Shown piece after piece: positions 39,808-50,619 of a DNA stretch of 64,000 nucleotides; the first letter of the stretch is position 1, and the number at the start of each line of letters is the position of its first letter. This stretch comes from Eledone cirrhosa (lineage: Eukaryota), in the NCBI GenBank assembly GCA_964016885.1, contig OZ024740.1:176514001-176578000 (forward strand). The letters run 5' to 3'. The notes beneath the pieces were generated by a model. It did not search any database. It had not been told where the DNA came from and was given only the letters and a program-made list of their open reading frames with translations. The translations under genes and the position numbers were made by a program.

Positions 39808-42300
39808 TCAAGTTATACATTGGGTGTTGAGTTCTAGTCTATTATTGATTGGTGGTTGTGTTTTGTCTATAATTAGTGCTTCCTTAATTCTAAGATTGCC
39901 GAGGTTTCTTTCCTTAGTTTCTATCCTAACTGTTATGGTTTTGTCGGTGTTTTTGCATTTAACTAGGTGTTTCTTAAATGAGGAAGCGTTAGTATTGAGG
40001 TGTTCTTTTATTCTTATGTGGAGTGGTTTGGTGGTGCTACCTACGTAGAAGTTGCTGCATTTGTCGCACTCTAGTCTGTATATGACGTAAGCCTGATGGC
40101 ATAGGTCTGTGTCGTTGATGGGGCAGTTGGCTAGCCTGCAGCGGTTGTCATGTCTGGTGGAGTCTCTTTTGGTTAGCTGTCCGCGTAGAGAAGGACCTGA
40201 GTGGGCTAGTTGGATATCTAGTCCCTCTCGTCTGATAGCTCTGCGGATGGCTGTTGTTGTTTCGTCACTGAAGTGCGGGAGCTTCAGGAAGCAAGTGTTA
40301 GTGCCTCGGGTGTGGTGTCCTCTGTTCTTTCTGGCACGGTTTGTGGTGGATGTCGTGTATCCGTTCAGTTTGAGTACTTCCAGGAAATGTGTGGTGTGTG
40401 TGTCTCGGTCTCTAGCGTCGGTGCATTTGTTCCGGATACGTGTTAGTTCGTTCCTTATGTATCCGAACTTAGCGCCGGCTGGGAGGGCCGATCTGAAATG
40501 TACGAACAGGTCCCTGCTGGCGGCTTTTTTATAGAAGCAGGTGTGGATGTTGCCTTCCTCTGTTACCCTGAGTTGGAAGTCCAGTAGGGATAGGGATCCG
40601 CGGTCATCGGGGTGTTCCATGTTAAACTTTATACTGGCGTCCATGCTAGAGAATGTTGTGTATATTTTATCCGCCTCCTCACGGGATGATGTAAGGATGA
40701 GTATGTCAACTACATATCGGGTGAAGAAGGTATGGGAATGGCAGGTGTTGAGGGCTCGGCATTCTAGCTGGTTCATATAGGTGATGGCCAGCAGGCCCGA
40801 TAGGCTGGATCCCATGGGTAATCCTGTTGTCTGTCTGTATGTGTGGTGGTGGAAGGTGAAGTACGTGTTGTCCACTGTGAAGGACAAAAGCTGGTGTATG
40901 TCCGTCGGATGGAGGCCGTAGCAGTGGATGTCTTCTGCGACCACGTAGTCCGTCAATAAATCGACAGCTGGATGAGCGGGGACTGTAGTGTAGAGGGAGA
41001 AAACGTCGAGGCTAAAGGCGTATCTATTTAGTTTAAGTTGACCTGGTTGGAGTTGGTGTAGTCTACGTATAACTTCGTCGGAGCTACTGACATTCCCGGG
41101 AAAGGTGGAGAGTAGAGGCTTGAGGATCTGGGAGAGGAGCCAGGAAATTTTGTATAGGGGTCCTTCTATGCTAGAGACGATGGGTCTTATTTGTGTCTTA
41201 GTACTATTCTTGTGGGTCTTGATGAGGTGGTAGAAAGTGGGCAGTCTGCTATTTCTAGTGGTGTAGTTGAGCTTAACCTTATTTGGGAGTTGTCTTCTCC
41301 TACAGATGTCGAACCAGATGGAGTTGGTCTGTTTTTCGATCTGGGCTGCAGTCAGGTGTTCAAAGGCTAGGTTGTTGTATGTGGCTTGAGAGATGACGCA
41401 AAACTCTTTACCTTTGTCGGATGGTAAGTATATAAGTTCCCTCTTCCGTAGGTTCTTCAGAGTGAGTTGTTGTGTCCTGGAGAGGTTTGGGGCTGTAAGA
41501 TGTTAAATACGGAATGTTTTAGCCTCGAGAGTTTTTCTTCAAGCTCACGGTTGGCAGGCGGTGGACAGAGTGGGCGATCCAGTTGGTATAGCGGGAATCT
41601 GGGTTTGTTAGGTTCCGTGGTGTTGTTGCCGAGAGTCGATATCCATTTTAGTTGGTAGGCAGCCTGACAGAAATTCGTTTCTATGTCGAGCCATAATTTG
41701 TCGTCCAGTCTCTGTTTCAATATGAACTTGGGACCCAGGCTGAGGAGGTCTAATTCCTCTCGGGAGAGGGATCCTGTCAAGTCTGTGACGAGGTGTTTTG
41801 CGTCAGGTGTGTTGTTGGTGGGGTCGCCGCTAGGTTCGGTGTTAGTACCGTCTTGTTCGCCTCTGTTGGTGCTTAGAGTTGGGATGTTGTTAAGACGGTT
41901 AGCCGTGCTGAGTTTGAGAAATGTTTGCGTTAGGCGTATTTTCTCGTAGTCTCTGCGATGGTGGTATGACCTGTCTATAACGGCGGAGATAACTCTGGAC
42001 AGAGGTTCTGGGGTTTCAGCGAGTTGTGGTACAAGGTTGGAAATAGTCCGTATGTGTTGTTGTAGCGTGCGGTGTAGGTGTTGTATGAGTTTTCTTAGGC
42101 AGAATCTTTGTATGTAGCTAAGTGATCGTTTGAGGTCTGGTGATTTGAAGCATGTTGGTAGGTGCAAGTTTTTGATAGTTTGGGGGATGATGTTGTTATT
42201 CAGGCATCGTTTTAGGAAGTTTATTTGTCAGCCGGCTTTGGCGCGCTTTTCAGATAGCTGGAAGAGTTTCATTACAGTTGTGAACTGGGCCTGGCTCAGG
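39808..42300 (-). pseudogene. PLE ORF: reverse transcriptase and GIY-YIG endonuclease (disrupted; YVDD changed to YVVD)
   Basis: LSLGPKF, SDKGK, SLDVFSLYTTVP, GLPMGSSLS, TRYVVD, CRLANCP..C, VIYRLECDKCSNFYVGST..RIKEH. Confidence 0.9.
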
Positions 42301-42501
42301 CGTAAGGAAAGGAGGAAGTTATAGTTAACTTGAAGCATTGTGTAATGAGGTATAAACGTTTGTATATGTATAATAAAGCCCAAACAATGCAGGTATGGAC
42401 ATAGAATAAAGAATGCAAATGCAAAAGATATTGTTGACAATTAGTCTTTTACCTTAGATTTATTTAAATGTCCTTAATTTTCGTATAGACATATCTTCTC
42501 A

Positions 42502-42596
<95 letters not shown>

Positions 42597-42784
42597 TTAC
42601 ACCTTCCCGCATTCTACCACACACTTAAACAGGCATGTACAAAAAAAAACTATTAAAGGGAGACTACTCTTTATCCACCTAACCATAACTCTTTGATATT
42701 AGAGATAGAATCGATACTCTATACCATTTCCTGTCAGCATGACTTGACAAGCTATTTAGAACACTGGTTTAACCGCTTTATTTC

Positions 42785-42819
42785 CCTCCGAAGAAGAGAT
42801 ATTATCTCGAAAATTAAGG
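42785..42819 (+). ncRNA. minimal hammerhead-like motif with variant core CCGAAGA (inverted pLTR)
   Basis: Same motif as 39339-39373, read on the + strand. Confidence 0.55.
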
Positions 42820-43472
42820 ACATTTAAATAAATTTAAGGTAAAAGACTAATTGTCAACAATATCTTTTGTATTTGCATTCTTTTCGGGACTCTGAATTAT
42901 TATTTCGTATTAGTTTACTTTTTTGCACTGGGTGGTTGCTGGCCTTGTGCCTGGGGTAGAAACCTTTATTTATTATTTCGTGGTAGTTTCTTTAGTATTT
43001 TGGCCCCTCACTTGTTGACCCGTCACCGTAAGATATACTCGGTTTATTACTTATACCTCTTAAAAGGGTCTCATTATAATTCCGTCCCACCTAGTATACC
43101 TTTCTTTAGCCTAGCAGTACTAGTGAGAGACTTAGGTCGTAGTAACCAGAAATAGTTTATTTATTTTTTTTTTTACATTTAATTGCTTTTTAACACTCTC
43201 GGTATTTTTCTATATTTTTACCCTATATTGTTCTACTTATTGTTTCGACTTCCTCCCCCTCCCCCTCCCTAGTATCTTCTTTGACCTCATGCCCAGCTGT
43301 AGTCGGCACTATCAACGCATGAATAGGTCTCCTCCACCCCCTCTCCCTCTTTCTCCTACTGGAAGGTTCAGCTACCCCTTCCCTCCACAAATTGCCATCA
43401 TAGAATTATTATGTCTCAACAATAAACTTTTGACCAATCCTTGTGACAACCACTTTTACCATATATGGAATT

Positions 43473-43568
43473 ACCCCCTGAGAAGCTCGGCTATTCAAAT
43501 ACCAGGATAAAATTGTTCATTTAGTCCAGAATTAGCCGTCGAAACGCCTTGAGCTCAGCCATCGGGGT
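43473..43568 (+). ncRNA. degenerate hammerhead motif
   Basis: Stem I ACCCC/GGGGT; core CTGAGAA (mismatch); stem II CGGCTA/TAGCCG; GAAAC...ATC. Confidence 0.4.
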
Positions 43569-43578
43569 CCTACTCGTT

Positions 43579-43648
<70 letters not shown>

Positions 43649-43679
43649 AAGAATCAAAGAACTGTTCAAAACATTATTG

Positions 43680-43726
43680 TGCTTACAGCTGTTTCCTCCA
43701 AACCGAGGTTTGGATTCTTCGGAGCA
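43680..43726 (-). ncRNA. minimal type I hammerhead, variant core CCGAAGA
   Basis: Reverse complement reads TGCT-CCGAAGA-A-TCCAAACC TC GGTTTGGA-G-GAAA-C-AGCT-G-TA-AGCA. Confidence 0.65.
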
Positions 43727-44121
43727 ATTTATTAATGCGTGGACAGTTATATGACCTCGTTTTCAGCCGAGAGACATACCGATACATATTCAAACATTGA
43801 TACATATTCAAACATTGTGGGTCAACATTCATTACAGAATTTAGAGTGGCAGTACACACTTCGAGATTACATTTATATTAAGAGGTACAATCAAATATCA
43901 AAAATACAGGTTAAAATACAACATGAAGATAAGCGGTTATATAGTGCAAATGTTATATGTGTGGCACGCATGTGCGTCTGGTTTATATAGTGTGGCAGAG
44001 AGATATGTGTGGTAGAGGCACTGAGGTAGTGTTAGGTTGGTAGATCTGGTGGCAAATTCTTTATATGATTGATATAGTCTGTGTGTGGAGAAATGTTATA
44101 AGCATTAAAAATAGTGCAAGC

Positions 44122-44454
44122 ATTAAAAGTGTTAAAAGTATTGGAGATGCACAGCGAAGGGATGTCAATTATTTCATGTACTTCGACATTTTCATGGTCA
44201 GGGGAGTGTATTTTTCGATTATATGCCCCTCACATAATCCACGACAATTCGATATTGAGCGTTTGACAATCCATTTAGAGATCGTAGTCTGGTGTTCTTT
44301 AGTTCAATACAGGAGGCTGTTACGTTTCGAGAATCGCCATTGAATACTACATCGCCATCGAAAAATACACTCCCCTGACCATGAAAATGTCGAAGTACAT
44401 GAAATACTTGACATCCCTTCGCTGTGCATCTCCAATACTTTTAACACTTTTAAT
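44122..44454. repeat. near-perfect inverted repeat, ~98-bp arms, abutting the hammerhead array
   Basis: 44122-44219 is the reverse complement of 44357-44454. Confidence 0.9.
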
Positions 44455-44513
44455 TTCGTTTCATTTTTTCCATTTATCGTTTTCGGTGCGCCCGGCCGAT
44501 TAACTCACTCGAT

Positions 44514-44521
44514 ATGCAAAT
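44514..44521 (+). promoter_or_regulatory. octamer motif ATGCAAAT (also 44795-44802 and 45222-45229)
   Basis: Exact octamer present in all three units, about 80 nt upstream of each hammerhead. Function is not shown. Confidence 0.4.
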
Positions 44522-44595
44522 TAGGCTGCTCAGCCGTTAATATGCATAAGGAAAGTATATACTTTCAGACGTTCAATCATCTGGCAGGAAGGTAT

Positions 44596-44638
44596 ACGGT
44601 GCTGACGATAGCTAATAAGCTTGAAACTAGTACATCGT
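44596..44638 (+). ncRNA. minimal type I hammerhead ribozyme, unit 1
   Basis: ACGGTG-CTGACGA-T AGCT AATA AGCT T-GAAA-C TA G-TA/CATCGT; predicted cut after 44632. Confidence 0.8.
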
Positions 44639-44876
44639 TCCTTTGCCAGTGTTGAACAAAAGGGCAACGATGGTTGCTAAACACTGTACGGTTTAATTCG
44701 GGATATTTAAGTAACTAAGAGTGAGAAATGAAATTTCGTTTCATTTTTTTCCATTTATCGTTTTCGTTGCGCCCGGCCGATTAACTCACTCCATATGCAA
44801 ATTAGGCTGCTCAGCCGTTAATATGCCTAAGGAAAGTATATACTTTCACACGTTCAATTATCTGGCAGGAAGGTAT

Positions 44877-44911
44877 ACGGTGCTGACGATAGCTTGAAAC
44901 TAGTACATCGT
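44877..44911 (+). ncRNA. minimal type I hammerhead, unit 2 (stem II collapsed by an 8-nt deletion)
   Basis: ACGGTG-CTGACGA-TAGCTT-GAAA-CTAG-TA/CATCGT; predicted cut after 44905. Confidence 0.65.
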
Positions 44912-45303
44912 TCCTTTGCCAGTGTTGAACAAAAGGGCAACGATGGTTGCTAAACACTCTACGGCGTAATTCGGAATGTTTGTTTACAAACAAACCGAAC
45001 ATTATAATAAATGTTCGGCAAATCCACCATACGTACATATATATATATATATGTGCATGTATGTATATATATACATACTACTGTACGTCTGTATACATAT
45101 ATGTATGTACGTATACATACTTATATTTAAGTAACAGCCGTACTAAGAGTGAGAAATGAAATTTCGTTTCATTTTTTCCATTTATCGTTTTCGGTGCGTC
45201 CGGCCGATTAACTCACTCGATATGCAAATTAGGCTGCTAAGCCGTTAATATGCATAAGGAAAGTATATACTTTCAGACGTTCAATCATCTGGCAGGAAGG
45301 TAT

Positions 45304-45346
45304 ACGGTGCTGACGATAGTTAATAAGCTTGAAACTAGTACATCGT
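45304..45346 (+). ncRNA. minimal type I hammerhead ribozyme, unit 3
   Basis: ACGGTG-CTGACGA-T AGTT AATA AGCT T-GAAA-CTAG-TA/CATCGT; predicted cut after 45340. Confidence 0.8.
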
Positions 45347-46084
45347 TCCTTTGCCAGTGTTGAACAAAAGGGCAACGATGGTTGCTAAACACTGTACGGC
45401 TTAATTCGGGATGTTTGTTTACAAACAAACCGAACATTATAATAAATGTTCGGTAAATCCATACGTACTTATATATATATGTGTGCATGTATGTATATAT
45501 ATACATACTACTGTACGTCTGTATACATATATGTATGTACGTATACATACCTATATTTAAGTAACAGCCGTACTAAGAGTGAGAAATGAAATTTCGTTTC
45601 ATTTTTTCCAATATATATATATATACATATATATATATGAGTGTGTGAGAGAGATGAGTGTGTATGTTTGTATTTACATATATAAAATTAAAATATAGAT
45701 ATTATGTGTGCGTACGTGAGTATTTGTGTGTGTGTGTGTTGTATACATATTTATATGGGGAATAAGGAAAACAATAAAACAAAACAAAAAAATCACAGAG
45801 ATTGAAATAAATTTAAATAAATGTAGACGCATTACTTATATAGTTATGTGGATAGTATAGTGAGTGTGTGTTGTTATTGTTGTCATACCTAATGGCGCAT
45901 GGTGCCGGATTTATTGGTAATGGTGGTTATGTACTGTTTAGATAGAGGGCTGGAGAAGGTCGGTCGATGTTCTAAGTGATCGACTGTGATGATCATTTTA
46001 ATCGAGGTACCGCCAGAAAGGGAAACCCTTCCCACAACCCTATCTCCCTATCTCTCATCTTATCAGCCTGTCATTCTATGCATT

Positions 46085-46740
<656 letters not shown>

Positions 46741-47286
46741 AGTAAAAATTAGCGAGAATCGAATTTCAACTCAGGAATTGACGATAAACACTTCCGAGTT
46801 GTGCGGCAAGCGCTCGATAATTCATATGAATTAGAGCTTACAACTTAGGTTAAAGGCCAAACACACTGAGATGGTGGTTAAACTAATCATCCGCACAGCG
46901 AAAAGTCGACCGCTTAATTCGGGTCAAACAGATATACAGGTATAAAAATATATATGGTTGAAAATTTACCCGGACCCCTGGAAGATGGTAAAATCCAGTA
47001 TTTGGGTTTCTGCGGCTACATAAGTCATTTACTGTCCACTTACATAAAGGATGTTAGGTTTCTGGTACTATGACTGAACTGGGAGTACGCGTTGTCAACG
47101 GGATTCAGTTCGGGATTCAGTTCGAATGTCCACATAAATGTGTCTGTAACTGACCCCACGTGGGGTTCAGCAAGGGAGGCAACACCTATATTAGGCGAAT
47201 GAGTTCAGTTGTGTATAATATAGCGAAAATGCAAAATATCACAAATCGAATAAAGCTCTCGACAGAGTGGTTAAATATATATATAT

Positions 47287-47350
<64 letters not shown>

Positions 47351-47645
47351 AGAATATTAGTTCGCCGACTCCTCCCCCCTTCCCTTGCTTTCTCAATATT
47401 TAGTTTTTCTTTCTTTTTCTTTTATTTCTTAGTGCAAACATATTATTTTTATTGAAATTTGACGAATTAACATTTTACACATTTGTTATTCCTCTTTTCG
47501 CTAAAATTCATCCTCTGGGACTTAAGTGTCCCCGATTACACTTAAGTTACATGATGAGGTATAATAAGTACACTAATAAGAGGTACACTAATAATAGGTA
47601 CACTAATAATAGGTACACTAAGCTTACATGATGAGGTATAATAAT

Positions 47646-47818
47646 TGTTTCTACTTTTGGCACAAGGCCAGCAATTACCCCAGTGTATTACTGGTACTTT
47701 ATTTCATCGACCCTGTAATGGTGAAAGGCAAAGTTAACCTCGGCGGGACTTGAACTCAGATCCTAAAGGGCCGTAACTCTATGGTGCAAAGCATGGCGTC
47801 CGACCCTCTACCGATACT
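47646..47818 (-). mobile_element. SINE copy
   Basis: SINE core, reverse strand. Confidence 0.85.
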
Positions 47819-47966
47819 ATGTCCTATGAAGACAACATACTGCCCAATATAAGACTCACTACCCTCTGTATATCACATATAAACATTTTTTTATTAATTA
47901 AAATTTTGAAAGTTTTACTTCTCACATATTTCTTAACAGGCTGAGCTCATTATAAAGGTATAATGA

Positions 47967-48146
47967 TGGCAGTATCAGTAGAGGGTCGGACGCCATGCTT
48001 TGCAGCAAAGAGTTACGGCCCTTGCCATTCTGAGTTCAAATTCCCGCGGAGGTTAACTTTGCCTTTCATTCTTACGGGGTCGATAAAATAAAGTACCAGT
48101 AATGTACTGAGTAATTGCTGGCCTTGTGCCAAAAGTAGAAACAATT
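47967..48146 (+). mobile_element. SINE copy (head-to-head with 47646-47818)
   Basis: SINE core, forward strand. Confidence 0.85.
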
Positions 48147-48608
48147 AATTACTTAAAATTGTTTGGCTTACTACATCAAATATGCCAGAGTTCACTTTAC
48201 CCATATCACTGTATAATATGCATATGCATATATGTATGTATGTGTGTGTGTGTGTATGTGTGTGTGTGCGCGCGCGCATACAGGTATCTGTATGTATGCA
48301 TTGATGGATGATTGGGTGGATACATGGATGAATATTTAGATATGTGAATGGAAGGCGGACTTATAGATAGATCAATAGAGGGATAAACAAGTTAGATGGC
48401 TGGATGGTATTGGGCTGGATGGTTCTATGGTGTGTTATATAGATGGATATTTCTATCGAAGGGATGTTGTACTAAACGTACTAAACGTAGGTATGTACTA
48501 ATCCAGCAGACATATGATTTAAAGTATTTTAACCATGACATTGTTTATTTCTGATTGTATTATCCAACAAAAATATAAAAAAAAGCAAGAAGAATTGATT
48601 TGAAAGCG

Positions 48609-49587
48609 ATTTAGCTGTTATGTCTAACAGGTCTACTGAACGAGTTAAGTCAACCAAGATATATGTATGTAAGGCTGAATTTTAAATTGACATTTGAATG
48701 GATGATTAGAAGGGAAGATGGATGGATAAAGAAACAGCCAGACATACTGTAAGGAAAGAGCTTAAAGACCGACTTTACAGATAACAGTAAATGATATATC
48801 GATGATTATAAATCGGGTCATTTAGATAACTATCAGCGTAAATGTACTGGTGATAATGTCGCTCTAGAGTTTATAGGCACAAACGCAGATTCAGGCAGTG
48901 ACACGGACAGAAACTCACACATACAGATTCAGACAGAAACATATACACTAGTCCAACACGAGTAGAAACCGATCTTACTTTAAAATATATATTATGGCTT
49001 CTTAAGAAGATTTGCAGCTTATAGATGTTAAGAGAAGGAAATATGATGCATTCATTAATATATTAATGTAATGTATTCCTGGAGTCGTCACACTTCCTCT
49101 TTGAATTCACACACACACACACGCACACACACACGAACATGCGCGCACATATACAGTGAAGCGAGCAGCTAAATATATGTAATATGTGAGTCCCCTCTCA
49201 GAGCAGGGTTCGAAAGAGACTCTTTTCTGCGAGGGATGCTGACGTGTATGTATGTCAAAGGCTGGGTTACAAAGCCTATAGCAGACGTCATTCTAATGGA
49301 AATAACACTTTGAATACTCCATGCAACTTGATTTTGCATGTGGCGTTTGTACCAAAGTGCGCCACTCTGTATGTGAGTTAGCACGGCACTACAATTCATG
49401 CCACACCAATCAAAGTGAAGCAGGTGGGAGAGTTACATGCACACTGTAAGTCACTTCTTGGTGTGATGAGACATCTAAGGTAGCATCAATGATAGTAACA
49501 TAAATAATACGTTTTTGCCAATGTCTGTATTTTTTTGTTCTACGTGGCCATACTCAGACATGAGATAGATTCCACTCTGTATGTATG

Positions 49588-49588
<1 letters not shown>
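48609..49588 (+). repeat. ~1-kb segmental direct repeat, copy 1
   Basis: Near-identical to 54017-54980. ORFs 49169-49399 and 54561-54791 differ by one residue. Confidence 0.92.
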
Positions 49589-49648
<60 letters not shown>

Positions 49649-50619
49649 TAACAGATTAAAGTTTAAGCAAAGAATCGCTGCTTTCACCCTTAACGGGATC
49701 TTCTGAAACTAAAAAAATCACGACGACGTCGCTACAACAGCAACAAAAACAGAAAAATCCTCATCATATCTTTATTTTAAATTCATGTACAAAAAATACT
49801 TGTCAAGAAAAATTATGTAATAAACAATAAAACATAGAAATTAAATATTTCTTGTGGAAATGGAAGCACCAAGGGAAACATAAATTTTAAATCTCCGAAG
49901 CCGTTTATGAAAGTATTGAAGAAGACAAGAAAACACACTTCGATCTTCCGACGTGGAAGAGGCTTCTATCAGATGAAACCGAATCATCATTTTTCTTACC
50001 TGTTGTACAAACCTTTGCTGGACACAGAACACTGCACAAACAGTCTAAACGTTCAATAGAGTTATGAAATAATACATATGAATAAGCCATAGATAACGAA
50101 CATCATTAAGTAATGTCAGTTTCATGAGGAGATAAAACGCCTCCATCCTTTTGAAGGAAAAATAAACACAAATGAGTCTATAAATCCTGGAAAAATGTAA
50201 GTCCGGTATTGGAAAAAAACAAAAAAAAACACAAGGGTTTGACACTCTAAATTCACTATTCTCCTTTTACTTTGCTCCAATTTTCAAGTTAAATGGCACG
50301 ACGGTTCAGTTATATTCAAATATTGTAAGCGCATCCATTGAGAATATAGTTACGATGTTTGCGAAAATATAAAACAAATATTTATATCCCAGACAGAAAT
50401 GTTAACTTTATTTCTATATACATTTTTTATATAATTGTCTGCTGATGGATTTTGTATTTCGCTCTATATCTTTACCATTAACAAGAGGAATGCAACGACG
50501 ACAAAAGTGTCATTAACAACAACAACTCTACCATCAGTGACAACAACAACCCCAGCATCAGTGACTCACCGCCAGCGCCCCTTCTTTTCTCTCTTGTTTT
50601 CTGGCACCTCCATATATAT

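Larger units (their letters stand above)
39180..42882 (-). mobile_element. near-complete Penelope-like element with direct and inverted pseudo-LTRs
   Basis: RT plus GIY-YIG ORF. 39180-39350 is repeated directly at 42313-42483, and about 39278-39618 is inverted at 42484-42882. Confidence 0.92.
44452..45610 (+). mobile_element. candidate non-LTR retrozyme: tandem array of hammerhead-containing units (~280, ~428, ~430 bp plus a partial unit)
   Basis: Units start at about 44452, 44731, 45159 and 45589. Each full unit has an octamer, a hammerhead and internal hairpins. No credible ORF. Confidence 0.75.

Noticed and set aside
44551-44583. Antisense hammerhead-like string CAGATGA...GAAAGTATATACTT in the array units
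   Set aside because: The core has A instead of U, and stems I and II do not pair.
47545-47645. 15-bp GTACACTAATAA(T/G)AG repeats between two TTACATGATGAGGTATAATAA copies
   Set aside because: Short slippage duplication at a SINE tail. Not repeat-spacer structured.
49169-49399. Duplicated 76-aa ORF (also 54561-54791)
   Set aside because: Similarity reflects the segmental duplication. No recognisable domain or exon signal.
49670-49710. Hammerhead-like CAGAAGA..CCC/GGG..GAAA on the - strand (also about 55865-55905)
   Set aside because: Core mismatch, and no stem I or stem III pairing.
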